Assembly (NCBI GenBank): GCA_000091165.1
Contig: FP565575.1
Span: 840,001-872,000 of the forward strand
Length of the DNA: 32,000 bases
From: Candidatus Methylomirabilis oxygeniifera
GTDB taxonomy: Bacteria; Methylomirabilota; Methylomirabilia; Methylomirabilales; Methylomirabilaceae
Direction: 5' to 3'
This document shows positions 8,587 through 15,941 of this stretch, one piece after another (the first letter of the stretch is position 1; each line of letters opens with the position of its first letter). A program made the translations under genes and the position numbers. The notes beneath the pieces are model-generated. The model saw nothing but the letters and a program-made list of their open reading frames with translations, had not been told where the DNA came from and ran no database searches.

Positions 8587-9072
8587 ATGACAATTCCAGC
8601 ACGGGTACGCGAGTGGTTGGATCAGCAGCAGGTACGGTACGAGATTATCCCCCACAGGGAGGTGTACACGGCTCAGGAGGTGGCCGGCGCCACGCATATC
8701 CCCGGTCGGGCCTATGCCAAGGTGGTCATTCTGAAAGGGCGGCAAGGCTTGATGATGGCGGTTCTTCCGGCTATGTGCCGATTGGACATCGTTCGGATGC
8801 GGCATGTCGTCAACGACAACACGGCGAGTCTGGACCCGGAGGCCGATTTCGCGCAGACATTTGCCGGCTGCGAGCCTGGGGCCATGCCTGCCTTCGGCAA
8901 CCTCTACGGGATCCCAGTGTACTGCGATCAGCACTTGACGCGGGAGACGACGATCACCTTCCCGGCGGGGAGCCACCACGAGGTGATCCGGATCGCATCC
9001 AAGGACTTTCTTCGAATAACGGGCGCTCAGGTACAGGAGATCTGCACAAACGCGCAAGAACAAGCCGCGTGA
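8587..9072 (+). CDS. YbaK/EbsC-type aminoacyl-tRNA deacylase domain protein
   Basis: 161 aa. The layout VRYEII.H..VYTAQEVA...AKVVILK......AVLPA...LD... GAMPAFGNLYGIPVY.D..L....ITFPAGSHHEVI resembles PF04073 proteins. Confidence 0.7.
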   Translation: MTIPARVREWLDQQQVRYEIIPHREVYTAQEVAGATHIPGRAYAKVVILKGRQGLMMAVLPAMCRLDIVRMRHVVNDNTASLDPEADFAQTFAGCEPGAMPAFGNLYGIPVYCDQHLTRETTITFPAGSHHEVIRIASKDFLRITGAQVQEICTNAQEQAA

Positions 9073-9094
9073 ATCGGGTGTAAGACGGCGCAAG

Positions 9095-9134
9095 CAGAAG
9101 GCCCCTTGACGGCGCGGGCCGAAGGGGCCTTCTG
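9095..9134. terminator. Bidirectional stem-loop between convergent genes
   Basis: cagaaggcccctt (9095-9107) pairs perfectly with aaggggccttctg (9122-9134) as a 13-bp GC-rich stem with a 14-nt loop. Lies between the stops at 9072 (+) and 9140 (-). Confidence 0.6.
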
Positions 9135-9139
9135 ATCTC

Positions 9140-9628
9140 TTATAGTTTATAGCCGAACTGGCGGAGCAGCGCCTTTCGCGTGGTAATGTCGGTCTCCTGT
9201 TCAATCCCCTTTGGCGCCAACCCATCCACGACCCCGAGGATACCACGTCCGGTGGCCGTTTCAGCCAGAATCACCTCTACCGGATTAGCGGTCGCGCAAT
9301 AGATACCGCAGACCTCCGGCACCTGACGAATGACCGGCAGGACGTTAATCGGAAAGCAGTTTCGCAAGAAGATCAGAAAACTGTGACCGGCCCCGATGGC
9401 GAAGGCCGTGTTGCGCGCCAGCTCTACCAACGCCTGGTCGGTCCCGCTCCAGCGCACCAGGCACGGCCCGGAGGACTCGCAGAAAGCCACCCCGAATGCA
9501 ATGCCCGGCACGGCCGTCACAAGCGCCTCGTGCAGATCCTCGACGGTCTTGATGAAGTGGGCCTGTCCCAGGATCAGGTTGACCGCATCCGGCTTCTGGA
9601 TCGTGACTGAGATGAAGTTGACGGCCAT
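9140..9628 (-). CDS. Adenosine-specific kinase family protein (PF04008-like)
   Basis: 162 aa. GQAHFIKTVEDLHEALVTAVPGIAFGVAFCESSGPCLVRWSG...GAGHSFLIFLRNCFPINVL...VPEVCGIYCATANPVEVILAET..GRGILGVVDG matches my recollection of this mostly archaeal family. SD ggagg lies before the ATG. Confidence 0.7.
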   Translation of the reverse strand: MAVNFISVTIQKPDAVNLILGQAHFIKTVEDLHEALVTAVPGIAFGVAFCESSGPCLVRWSGTDQALVELARNTAFAIGAGHSFLIFLRNCFPINVLPVIRQVPEVCGIYCATANPVEVILAETATGRGILGVVDGLAPKGIEQETDITTRKALLRQFGYKL

Positions 9629-9710
9629 AGCTCCTCCCTATTATACTGACCCCCTTGAGAAGTAGACAGCGCTTGTGACAAACTGGGGCGACTCAACAAG
9701 GAGGTGTCGA

Positions 9711-10031
9711 ATGGCCGAGTCGACCCTGACACAGAATCGCTGGACGATCACCCGCAAGACGGCTGTGGTGCTGGAACTATTGCGTGGTGGTGAGGCCGCG
9801 GAGCTGGCCCGCAGGTATGGGCTCAGCCAAGCCCAACTGTTTGCCTGGCGGGATCGGTTCCTGGAAGGCGGGCAGGCGGCGCTCAAGACGCGCCGGGGAC
9901 AGATCGACTCTGAGCGGGAGCGCCGCGTGCGGGAGCTGGAGCGCAAGGTGGGCCAGCTCACCCTGGAGAAGGAGCTGTTAAAAAAAACCGACGCGCTGAT
10001 CCGCCAACGTGGGCGGAGGTCGACCAGTTGA
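9711..10031 (+). CDS. IS3-family transposase OrfA (HTH + leucine-zipper region)
   Basis: SD aaggagg lies 6 nt before ATG 9711. LLRGGEAAELARRYGLSQAQLFAWRDRFLEGGQAAL is a typical HTH_Tnp_1, followed by a coiled segment RELERKVGQLTLEKELLKK. Confidence 0.85.
   Translation: MAESTLTQNRWTITRKTAVVLELLRGGEAAELARRYGLSQAQLFAWRDRFLEGGQAALKTRRGQIDSERERRVRELERKVGQLTLEKELLKKTDALIRQRGRRSTS
9980..9986 (+). other. A AAA AAA programmed -1 ribosomal frameshift heptamer (OrfAB fusion)
   Basis: In the orfA frame the codons read tta aaa aaa acc. The -1 frame is stop-free from 9986 to the start of orfB (checked codon by codon). Confidence 0.7.
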
Positions 10032-10879
10032 GGGCGCAGGGTGCGCCGCTGAGTCTGGCGTGCCGGACACTGGGTGTCTCGCGCGCGGGCTTCTACAAAT
10101 GGCAGCGCGGCTCGGCGCCCACTTCCCCGCAGCAGGCGCCGTGTGACGAGCGCCTGGCCCAGCGGATCCGGAACATCCTGGACCGCGAGGAGACCTTCGG
10201 CTACCGGCGGGTGTGGGCCTGGCTGCGGTTCCAGGAGGGCGTCAGGGTGAATCGCAAGACGGTCCATCGGATCATGCAACGGAAAGGGTGGCAATGCCGC
10301 GTGTGGCACCGTCCAGCCCTGCGGCCCACGCCGACGTGGGAGAAGTGTTCGACGGTCCAGCAGCCGGACCGGCTCTGGGCCACCGATGCGACGAAGATCT
10401 GGTGTGGTCGGGATGGCTGGGCGAGTCTTATCGGCGTCCTCGACGCTGGCAGCCGCGAGTGCGTCGGCGCTCGGTTTGCCCGCCAGGGTCGGGCGATCGA
10501 AGCGGTCGATGCCCTGGAGCAAGGCATTCTCCAGTGCTATGGAAGTTTCGCCCACGTACCCGAGGGCCTGCGGCTTCGGCACGATAACGGTTCCATCTTC
10601 CTGGCCCGCCTGTTCGTTGGGACCACCCAGCAGCTTGCGATTACCCAGGAGTTTATCCCTCGATACTCCCCGGAGTACAACGGGGTCATTGAACGCTTCT
10701 TCCGCACCCTGAAGCAAGAATGTGTCTGGTTGCACCATTTCGAGTCCTTCGCGGAGGCCGAATCCATCATCATGGCCTGGATCGACCGCTACAACAGCGA
10801 GCGACAGCATTCGGCCCTGGGGTATCTCACCCCTCGGGTCTGGCGTGAACAGTTCTATCAACTCCCCCAGGCGGCATAA
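10028..10879 (+). CDS. IS3-family transposase OrfB (DDE/rve integrase core), normally made as an OrfAB frameshift fusion
   Basis: LWATDATKI (D), RHDNGSIF (D) and YSPEYNGVIERFF (E) are DDE-region signatures. The C-terminal YNSERQHSALGYLTP is typical of rve domains. The track start at 10028 is TTG. Confidence 0.85.
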   Translation: MRAQGAPLSLACRTLGVSRAGFYKWQRGSAPTSPQQAPCDERLAQRIRNILDREETFGYRRVWAWLRFQEGVRVNRKTVHRIMQRKGWQCRVWHRPALRPTPTWEKCSTVQQPDRLWATDATKIWCGRDGWASLIGVLDAGSRECVGARFARQGRAIEAVDALEQGILQCYGSFAHVPEGLRLRHDNGSIFLARLFVGTTQQLAITQEFIPRYSPEYNGVIERFFRTLKQECVWLHHFESFAEAESIIMAWIDRYNSERQHSALGYLTPRVWREQFYQLPQAA

Positions 10880-11140
10880 GCCCTGTTGACTTTCAGGGGG
10901 GCACTACACTATAGCTAAGCAGCAACAGAAAGGGGCCGGGAAAGCCGCCGCTCTCACCAGCCCCACATGTCAGCCTCTCAAGCAAAGATAGTATACCACG
11001 AAGTCGCCGCCGGATGAGTCCGTCCACGACTCAGCTCCAGACCGGGTCATGCCGACGTCGCTTATAGGAGGTACATTGTGGAACCTCACGCACCGGGTGA
11101 GGAAGCACCCCGCTCTCATCCAGCGTGATAGTTAGGAGTC

Positions 11141-11620
11141 TTACGATTCGCGAAGGTCAAAATGAGTATCAACACGTACCGGCGATAGGTTAGCTATCTG
11201 GATTTCTTCGTGACAAAGGCTACAACGAAGAAATGCTTCGCCGTATGGCTGTAATATAGACTTCTTGCGCTGATTCATGCATGCTGCACAAAGGTAATGG
11301 GGTGGCTCTGTGTTCTCCAAGCCCGGCGTCAAACAAAAGGCGTATCCTCCAAAAGTGAACTGTATCAATTGGTATCGCTGCGACTCACTTTCCCAATTGT
11401 TGAGTTCTCGCAATTGGTTTTCAAGTTCAGTTATGCGATTGGAAAGAAGAGATTGCTTTTCTTGGGAAGAGAGAGCTATCGCGTTAGCTTGCATGAGCTT
11501 GGCGTTTACCTCCGAGACTGCGGCTACGATTTCGTTATAATTGGAAAGGTGCTGCGCAGCCTTAAGAAGGGTCATAAGAGCCTGGAGACTTTCGGATGCA
11601 TGCAAGAGTTCGTTAATCAT
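11141..11620 (-). CDS. Hypothetical protein: N-terminal coiled coil + C-terminal CxxC...CxxC zinc-ribbon
   Basis: SD aggag lies 7 nt before the ATG. Heptad-like N-terminal half. HYLCAACMNQ...LRCSLCHEEI gives four Cys in zinc-ribbon spacing. Low-GC gene (about 45 % in sampled lines). No family recognised. Confidence 0.6.
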   Translation of the reverse strand: MINELLHASESLQALMTLLKAAQHLSNYNEIVAAVSEVNAKLMQANAIALSSQEKQSLLSNRITELENQLRELNNWESESQRYQLIQFTFGGYAFCLTPGLENTEPPHYLCAACMNQRKKSILQPYGEAFLRCSLCHEEIQIANLSPVRVDTHFDLRES

Positions 11621-11794
11621 AACTTGACTCCTATGTAATATCCAAGAGGCGCACCCCCTTGGAGTGAGAGGGTCTTGAACTCAACAATCATTTCTCGCGT
11701 ACCTGAGTGGAGGAGTCGTGCCAGTGCTTGCAAGCGCCGAGGCGTGCTGGTGTCGCGTACATCCTCGTCCAGACCGATGCTGCAGTGTGATCAG

Positions 11795-12907
11795 TCATTT
11801 TTTCCGATGAGACGTCATCCACTCACGTGCCAGATTCTGTGCCTCTCCTATTTGCTCTGGTGTCATGAGCCTCGCAACCTCGTCGCGGTCCCACCTGGAT
11901 TTCTGATCCTCTAACGAAGCTGCGATGTTGTACCATTTATGAGCGAGTACGAAGTCTTGAGGCGCGTGCCATCCCTTCTGGTATATAAAACCCAAGGTCC
12001 GAATTGCTGAAACGTAGCCCTGTTCGGCCGCCTTTTCCAAACAGCGGAGAGCTTCATCTATATCTTCTACAACTCCATCGCCACCTAGCCAACGCTCGCC
12101 AATCCAAAACTGGGCTTCTGCGTTGCCTTTTTCGGCAAGTGGCTTCTCTTCGAGGATTCGTTTCGCAACATAATCCCCGAGGTTGGCTGCCTTTCGATAA
12201 AGCTCCCTTGCCCTTTCTTCGTTCTTGGGCACTCCTTTTCCGTGCTCATACATGCTACCGAGCGCCACCAAAGCCCCGCGATTTCCCTTTTCGATTGCTC
12301 TCTCCAACCACTTGATTGCCACCAAGTAATTTTTGGCGACACCCTTCCCCTCTGCGTAAAGCCGACCTAAGCTCTCCATCCCAAGATGCTCACCATTATT
12401 GGCAGCTCGTTCAAACCATCTCCTTGCTTCGTAAAAGTCTTGGTCCACACCTTGACCGCCAATCTTTCCAACTCGATACATGGACCCTAACGTCCATTGT
12501 GCCATTGCGTGTTCTCGTTCTGCGGCCCTACGAAACCAACGTATCGCTTCTTGAGAATTCTGCCGGAACTCGTATAGAAGACCCAGCGAGTACTCCGACT
12601 CGCTTTTACCCTCTTCGGCAAAAGGGTGGAGATCGCGGATGCCGGTGTCGATAACAGACCTATAGTCTCCACCATGCTTGAGGGTTGCTCTTGCGAGTTC
12701 TAGGTATGATTGGCCAAGCCATTTCAAGACCTGGTTGTCGCCTACATGCGCCGAGGATCTAAACTCTCGAATTGCTGCCTCGTAATCGCCATTTCGGAAA
12801 GCGGACAGGCCCTGTAGAAAGTCAGTACTGGCGGGGCTGCTAATTGCAAGACCCGTCCACAAAGCGATACAGATGACGTTCAGACTGAGTAGTATCTTTT
12901 TCCGCAT
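11795..12907 (-). CDS. Secreted Sel1-like repeat (SLR/TPR-type) protein
   Basis: I start it at the internal Met MRKKILLSLNVICIALWTGLAISSPAS (signal-peptide-like). At least 7 repeats of the pattern A..W..KAA..G...A...LG..Y..G.GV..D...A..W. The track ORF extends to 13081 but runs into the IS end. Confidence 0.8.
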   Translation of the reverse strand: MRKKILLSLNVICIALWTGLAISSPASTDFLQGLSAFRNGDYEAAIREFRSSAHVGDNQVLKWLGQSYLELARATLKHGGDYRSVIDTGIRDLHPFAEEGKSESEYSLGLLYEFRQNSQEAIRWFRRAAEREHAMAQWTLGSMYRVGKIGGQGVDQDFYEARRWFERAANNGEHLGMESLGRLYAEGKGVAKNYLVAIKWLERAIEKGNRGALVALGSMYEHGKGVPKNEERARELYRKAANLGDYVAKRILEEKPLAEKGNAEAQFWIGERWLGGDGVVEDIDEALRCLEKAAEQGYVSAIRTLGFIYQKGWHAPQDFVLAHKWYNIAASLEDQKSRWDRDEVARLMTPEQIGEAQNLAREWMTSHRKK

Positions 12908-13127
12908 CAGGATACCTACGATCCGATTTTCTTCCGTTACTATAGGTACTATAGGCCACAGTCCATGGGCTGTGTCGGTCGCGCGGGGGCAACCTGATTT
13001 CAAGGGAGTTGCTCCGCGAACTCTTACGGCGATGCAGTGTTTTGATTGCCCAAGCCCTCTGTGCCAATAATAGTGAGACACCTGCCCCCCTGTAAATTAG
13101 AGTAGAGGGTAGGGAGGAACACACATC

Positions 13128-13631
13128 ATGAGAACTGGACCGATCACAGCTTCCCAGGGCAGCGCAGTCGCCCGCCGAGTCCCCGCACGTCCGTGGCCTG
13201 GCACCGCACGCCCCGCCGAGCCGCAGCGGGTGGTCCCAGCAGTCCCACCCGATCCCGAGGTGCCCACAAAGCCGGCACGACGACGGTTCACCGCAGCCGA
13301 GAAGCTCCGCATCTTGAGACTCGCCGATGCCTGCACGGTGTCGGGGAGCCTGGGGGCGCTCTTACGCAAGGAGGGGCTGTACTCGTCGAACCTCACCACC
13401 TGGCGCCGACAGCGGGACGCGGGCACCCTGTCCGCCCTCACGCCCCAGAAGCGGGGCCGCAAACCGTCGATCCGCAGTCCACTCGCCCAGGAGCATGAGC
13501 AGCTTCGTCGGGAGAACGAACGGCTGACGCGGCGGCTCCGACAGGCCGAGCTCATCATTGATGTTCAAAAAAAAGTTTCGCAGATCCTGGGGATCCCCCT
13601 GGCGACCTCCGAGGCAGGAGGCAGCGACTGA
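13128..13631 (+). CDS. IS3-family transposase OrfA
   Basis: RRFTAAEKLRILRLADA....G.LGALLRKEGLYSSNLTTWRRQRDAG (HTH) followed by a leucine-zipper-like EHEQLRRENERLTRRLRQAELIIDVQKK. Confidence 0.85.
   Translation: MRTGPITASQGSAVARRVPARPWPGTARPAEPQRVVPAVPPDPEVPTKPARRRFTAAEKLRILRLADACTVSGSLGALLRKEGLYSSNLTTWRRQRDAGTLSALTPQKRGRKPSIRSPLAQEHEQLRRENERLTRRLRQAELIIDVQKKVSQILGIPLATSEAGGSD
13568..13574 (+). other. A AAA AAA programmed -1 frameshift heptamer
   Basis: orfA codons read caa aaa aaa gtt. The -1 frame is open from 13571 through ATG 13631 (checked codon by codon). Confidence 0.7.
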
Positions 13632-14635
13632 TGGGCGCCGCGCAGACTCTGGCCTCCGAGGTAGGGATCAAACCGGCCTGCGACGCGTTCGGCACTTCTC
13701 GTGCCGGCTTCTACCGCGCCCAGACACGAACGCACGCTCCGATGGTGGAGCCAACGAGGCGCCCCAGCCCTCCACGGGCGCTGTCCGCCGATGAACGGCA
13801 GGGCGTGCTCGACCTGCTGCACGCCGACCGGTTTGCCGACCAGGCGCCCCATGAGGTCTATGCGACCCTCCTGGACGAAGGCGACTACCGCTGCTCCATC
13901 CGCACCATGTACCGACTCCTCAACGACCACACCGAGGTCAAAGAACGCCGGAACCAGTTGCGCCATCCGGTATATCAGAAACCGGAACTGCTGGCCACGG
14001 CCCCGAACCAGGTCTGGTCGTGGGACATTACGAAGCTCCTCAGCCCGGTGACGTGGTCCTACTTCTACCTCTATGTGATCCTGGACATTTTCAGCCGGTA
14101 CGTCGTCGGCTGGATGGTCGCCTTGGCGGAATCGGCCGCCTTGGCCGAACGACTCATCCGTGAGACCTGCGCCAAACAGGGGATCGACAAAGGGCAGCTC
14201 ACGATCCATGCGGACCGGGGCTCCTCCATGACCTCCAAGCCCGTGGCGTTCCTGTTGGCCGATCTGGGCGTCACCAAAACCCACAGCCGGCCGCATACGA
14301 GTGATGACAACCCGTACTCGGAAAGTCAGTTCAAGACCCTCAAGTACCGACCGGACTTCCCGGAACGGTTCGGGTGCATCGAGGATGCCCGGGGCTTCTG
14401 TCAGGACTTCTTCACCTGGTATAACACCGCGCATCGGCATACGGGCATTGGTCTCCTGACACCGGAGGTCCTGCACTACGGCTTGGCGGACGAGGTCCGC
14501 GCGGCTCGCGCCGCGATCCTGCAGGCCGCCTATGAAACCCATCCGGAGCGGTTCGTCCGCAAGGTGCCGGTTCCCCCGGCGCTTCCGGAGGCCGCGTGGA
14601 TTAACAAACCGAAGCCGATGGATACCGAGCGATGA
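13631..14635 (+). CDS. IS3-family transposase OrfB (DDE/rve integrase core)
   Basis: VWSWDITKL (D), IHADRGSSMTS (D) and DNPYSESQFKTLKY (E). The ATG overlaps the orfA TGA by 1 nt. Confidence 0.85.
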   Translation: MGAAQTLASEVGIKPACDAFGTSRAGFYRAQTRTHAPMVEPTRRPSPPRALSADERQGVLDLLHADRFADQAPHEVYATLLDEGDYRCSIRTMYRLLNDHTEVKERRNQLRHPVYQKPELLATAPNQVWSWDITKLLSPVTWSYFYLYVILDIFSRYVVGWMVALAESAALAERLIRETCAKQGIDKGQLTIHADRGSSMTSKPVAFLLADLGVTKTHSRPHTSDDNPYSESQFKTLKYRPDFPERFGCIEDARGFCQDFFTWYNTAHRHTGIGLLTPEVLHYGLADEVRAARAAILQAAYETHPERFVRKVPVPPALPEAAWINKPKPMDTER

Positions 14636-14758
14636 GGCGCGACACTAAATTCGGACACCAGGTGTCTCAAAATCATTGACACATTCCGAGCTTATCAACT
14701 GGTGTGAGCGGATCAACGTTCACGAGTAGCCCCGTCGGGCAGTAGGAGACATCCGACC

Positions 14759-14998
14759 TTACGATCCCATCTGAATCTCAAAGTCAGTGAAGCCTTCCTG
14801 TCCAATGTAAGTGATGGCGCTCAGTGTAATGTTTCGCGCTTTTGCGAACCGCTCGGCTTCCGCAAAGGAGTAGAACTTTGCAGCGCGGGATCGTATGCCA
14901 GTGATGGTTCCGTCTTGGGCGATGTAGCAAGTTCCGGGGCCACCGTGTTGCTGAGGGCCAGCAAAGATCACAAACAAGGTCTTACGCTTTGGCGACAT
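14759..14998 (-). CDS. Hypothetical 79-aa protein (orphan)
   Basis: Strong SD (ggaggtgc) lies immediately upstream of the ATG. G+C is lower than the core genes. No recognisable domain. Confidence 0.5.
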   Translation of the reverse strand: MSPKRKTLFVIFAGPQQHGGPGTCYIAQDGTITGIRSRAAKFYSFAEAERFAKARNITLSAITYIGQEGFTDFEIQMGS

Positions 14999-15200
14999 TG
15001 CACCTCCGCCCCTTTAATTAACAAAACTGATCGGCCTATCCCAGCCAACCGTTTCTTAACCATAGCAAATGGTACAACCTTCTTGCGTGGTGAGCAACAA
15101 ATCCTACGCGTGCGGACGATGGCAGACGCTGCGCCTATGTCAGACTATCCAGTCTTCTAATAGCGAGCCACACCTCTGGACCCTGGAATAGGGCGGTTGT

Positions 15201-15584
15201 TTACGCCATACGGTTGAGCGGCTCCAGATGAGCTATTTCGACAGCCCTCGTGCTGCGCATCGCGTACCACAGATCCCAATCCTGCTGAAGCCCCAGCCAG
15301 AAGTCTGCCGACATTCCCACCACGCGGGCCAGTCGCAGGGCCGTATCAGGGGTGACGCTCCGCTTGCCGCGAACGATTTCATTCAACCGAGGGAAGGAGA
15401 TGCCGAGACGCGCTGCCATAGCCGACTGGGTGATCCCCAATGGCTTGAGGAACTCCTCAAGCAGCATCTCCCCTGGATGGGTTGGAGGCCTCTCGCGCGG
15501 TAGTCGCCGGCCGGCAAGCCCTCCTGTACGAGCCGCCTCATGACCGGTAGCCCGCTTGCTAGTGATAGTCCGTGATTTCGACAT
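15201..15584 (-). CDS. higA: HigA-family antitoxin (XRE-type HTH)
   Basis: THPGEMLLEEFLKPLGITQSAMAARLGISFPRLNEIVRGKRSVTPDTALRLARVVGMSADFWLGLQQDWDLW is the canonical HigA core. The first usable ATGs are 15584 and 15593, which overlap the higB 3' end by at least 26 nt. No in-frame GTG or TTG lies further downstream. Confidence 0.8.
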   Translation of the reverse strand: MSKSRTITSKRATGHEAARTGGLAGRRLPRERPPTHPGEMLLEEFLKPLGITQSAMAARLGISFPRLNEIVRGKRSVTPDTALRLARVVGMSADFWLGLQQDWDLWYAMRSTRAVEIAHLEPLNRMA

Positions 15585-15852
15585 CGTCTGCATAACCGTT
15601 TTCCCATGAAAAACAGATTCTGTATTGATCGTTGATCCTGATGGCGTGCTGCCCGCTCCGGTCACCGTGGAGACGTTCCAAGTGGTTCCCTGGGGGTCTC
15701 GCCAGCTCTTTGAGATCACGTACCCGGTTCAGTTGGTCCAGCTTCCGACGGGCAACAGGCCACACGGCGCTGGGGCAGGTCCTGCGTGCTGATGGGCTGT
15801 CCGAACCGTCGAAGACGGCTTTAGTGCCCTGGTCCCGGAATGAGCGTATCAC
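15559..15852 (-). CDS. higB: HigB-family toxin (RelE/ParE superfamily mRNA interferase, killer protein)
   Basis: MIRSFRDQGTKAVFDG...LDQLNRVRDLKEL..PPGNHLERLHGDRSGQHAIRINDQYRICFSWENG.ADDVEITDYH matches the HigB pattern. The toxin-first gene order is typical of higBA. Confidence 0.8.
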   Translation of the reverse strand: MIRSFRDQGTKAVFDGSDSPSARRTCPSAVWPVARRKLDQLNRVRDLKELARPPGNHLERLHGDRSGQHAIRINDQYRICFSWENGYADDVEITDYH

Positions 15853-15941
15853 ATATCATATTATAACGAATACCAGGAAGAGTGCAAGGTTGGGGTGAGC
15901 CTGCGGGCTGCGCATTAAGCGTGCGCCACGCCAAGTACGGG

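Larger units (their letters stand above)
9647..10903 (+). mobile_element. IS3-family insertion sequence (1257 bp, TG...CA ends, about 33-bp imperfect terminal inverted repeats)
   Basis: IRL is tgacccccttgagaagtagacag... The reverse complement of the right end is tgcccccctgaaagtcaacaggg..., about 27/33 identical with one gap. orfA and orfB lie in 0/-1 frames with an A8 slippery run. No unambiguous target duplication (left flank ..tatac, right flank ctaca..). Confidence 0.85.
13074..14669 (+). mobile_element. Second, unrelated IS3-family insertion sequence (about 1.6 kb)
   Basis: tgagacacctg at 13074-13084 is the exact reverse complement of caggtgtctca at 14659-14669. orfA/orfB lie in 0/-1 frames with an A8 run. 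No matching flanking direct repeat seen (..aatag | aaatc..). Confidence 0.8.

Noticed and set aside
9640-9668. IS/chromosome hybrid promoter using the junction TATAAT.
   Set aside because: The best -35 candidates at 16-17 nt spacing (tgtcta / gtctac) are poor. The -10 is only 11 nt from the ATG, upstream of an SD that would then not be transcribed. I kept it only as a note inside the IS-insertion finding.
12908-13081. N-terminal 58-codon extension of the Sel1-repeat ORF (the track start at 13081).
   Set aside because: The extension overlaps the IS terminal repeat and has no signal peptide. The internal Met at 12907 gives a canonical signal-peptide-like N-terminus.
9647-14669. A true composite transposon formed by the two IS elements.
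   Set aside because: The two IS elements differ in sequence (different termini and transposases), and no shared outer target-site duplication is visible. I describe it only as an IS-bracketed island.
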